Of a DNA stretch of 64,000 bases, positions 63,054 to 64,000 are shown one piece after another (within the stretch, counting starts at the first letter, position 1; each line of letters opens with the position of its first letter). This stretch comes from an uncultured Opitutaceae bacterium. GTDB lineage: Bacteria > Verrucomicrobiota > Verrucomicrobiia > Opitutales > Opitutaceae. The position numbers and the translations under genes were made by a program. The stretch covers positions 763 through 64,762 of the forward strand of contig CAZAFS010000001.1 of the NCBI GenBank assembly GCA_964484165.1. Reading direction: 5' to 3'. Below the pieces are notes generated by a model that saw only the letters and a list, made by a program, of their open reading frames with translations, searched no databases and had not been told where the DNA came from.

Positions 63054-63267
63054 CCCTGAATGCCTGGTTTGCTTGTTCATTGTCGGTTCGTCTCCATCGT
63101 TCGATTGTTTTTCATTCATTTGCTGCTATCCTCCATCGATATTTGGGCTTGCCTCGGGAAAGTGGACACCAATTTAGGCGGTGACCGGACTCACTTTCCC
63201 GAGCCACTCGGAGTGTTAGATGACGTGAAGCCGACAGGCGGCGGTAAAACAGCCAACCTGTCGGCCG

Positions 63268-63504
63268 ATGAACTCTAACGAAGATCAAAATCACACAGAG
63301 CGTGCTTCCGTCACGACGGAAGTGATCATCAAGGTGGGACTGGATGTGCATGCGGAGAAGATTGCGGTGTGCGCGCAGGTGGACGGAGCGACGCCCCAAC
63401 CTGCGCCGCTGGTTGCGCGGACGGGTTTGCTCGCTTGGCTGGCAAAGTTGCGGGCGAGGCATTCGGGAGTGTCCGTGGTGAGTCGTTATACCAATGTCCC
63501 TTAA
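63268..63504 (+). mobile_element. IS110-family transposase N-terminal fragment
   Basis: KVGLDVHAEKIAVCAQVDGATPQPAPLVARTGLLAWLAKLRARHSGVSVV matches the IS110 DEDD N-terminal pattern (GiDvhk..., ...l..wl). It stops after 78 aa. Confidence 0.55.
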
Positions 63505-63528
63505 TAATTAGACTATGCAATCCGGGCG

Positions 63529-63876
63529 ATGCTGCCATTGCTCAAAAGGAGTCCGCACGCACGCGTAGTGAACATTTCTTCCGGCGCCGGCTCCTTGACC
63601 CACCGCCCGACGAAGCGCGTACAACCGGCCTACAGCATTTCCAAGGCGGCCCTTTACATGTTGACCCAACGCGCGGCGCAGGATCTGGCGCCCTGGGGTG
63701 TCATTACCGTGGCCATATCGCCGGGCTGGATCAAAACCGACATGGGTGGTGCCAATGCCGACTTGTCGGTGGAGGAAGCCACCGCGGCTCTCGCCACCAC
63801 CATCGAAAACCTGCAAGCTCAACACAACGGACTCTGGGTTGACCGGTTCGGCCAGCCGTCCGAATATGCCTGGTAA
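63529..63876 (+). pseudogene. SDR-family oxidoreductase, C-terminal part only
   Basis: It contains VVNISSGAGSL, YSISKAALYMLTQ (YxxxK) and ISPGWIKTDM. The N-terminal TGxxxGxG half is missing, and the fragment lies next to the IS110 fragment. Confidence 0.6.
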
Positions 63877-63879
63877 ATT

Positions 63880-64000
63880 ATGAACTCCCTCCACCTCATG
63901 TCTATACTCACCCTCGGCCTCACCGCCCTGAACGGCTATGCTGGGGCCGACTCCGTTTTCGCCCTGCCCGCCGCCCCGCTCGAACTCGTGACCGACGAAG
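63880..64000 (+). CDS. Start of an exported protein; it continues past the right window edge
   Basis: The ATG at 63880 gives MNSLHLMSILTLGLTALNGYAGADSVFALPAAPLELVTDE. This looks like a signal peptide. It is open to the window end and is not in the ORF track. Confidence 0.35.
   Translation, partial: MNSLHLMSILTLGLTALNGYAGADSVFALPAAPLELVTDE

Noticed and set aside
1-64000. I looked for CRISPR arrays, long tandem repeats and rRNA genes.
   Set aside because: I scanned for regularly spaced direct repeats and rRNA-like conserved stretches and saw none. The only repeats are IS-derived sequences and short palindromes.

Overview
GC-rich bacterial chromosomal segment with a few visibly AT-richer patches. 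Gene content suggests a glycan-degrading Verrucomicrobia/PVC-like organism: TAT-signal Gfo/Idh/MocA oxidoreductases, DUF1080, a very large TonB-dependent receptor, GH29, GH127 and BNR-sialidase-like fragments. That taxonomic guess is inference only. The left edge is the 5' end of mutS (minus strand, absent from the ORF track), and a small tyrosine-integrase module sits 47 bp from its start codon. The rest is a mosaic of carbohydrate-utilisation modules: an oxidative-glycoside PUL-like block, a GT-C/GT2/ApbE envelope block, a GH29 fucosidase, GH127, an RpiB/DMT/FucI-family/DhaKL block, an oxidative fucose-like block, a ribose-type ABC transporter, and RraA plus an AGE-family epimerase. Mobile-element scars separate these modules: one apparently intact IS5-family element, two IS66 3' remnants, two IS3 copies plus a solo IS3 end, an IS5 fragment plus a solo IR, an IS110 fragment and a group II intron RT fragment. 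More than a dozen genes are truncated, frameshifted or carry in-frame stops. The most unusual content is a minus-strand operon at about 8.0-14.3 kb. It encodes an MtaB/MtaC/MtaA-type corrinoid methyl-transfer system with conserved metal and cobalamin motifs, and a degenerate CobW-like P-loop gene and a small membrane gene lie between the two methyltransferases. Upstream of it are a PocR-AraC regulator split by an in-frame TAG and the stump of a RACo-type corrinoid activase. No rRNA gene, convincing tRNA gene or CRISPR array was seen. All calls come from reading the translations and the DNA by eye; no searches were run.
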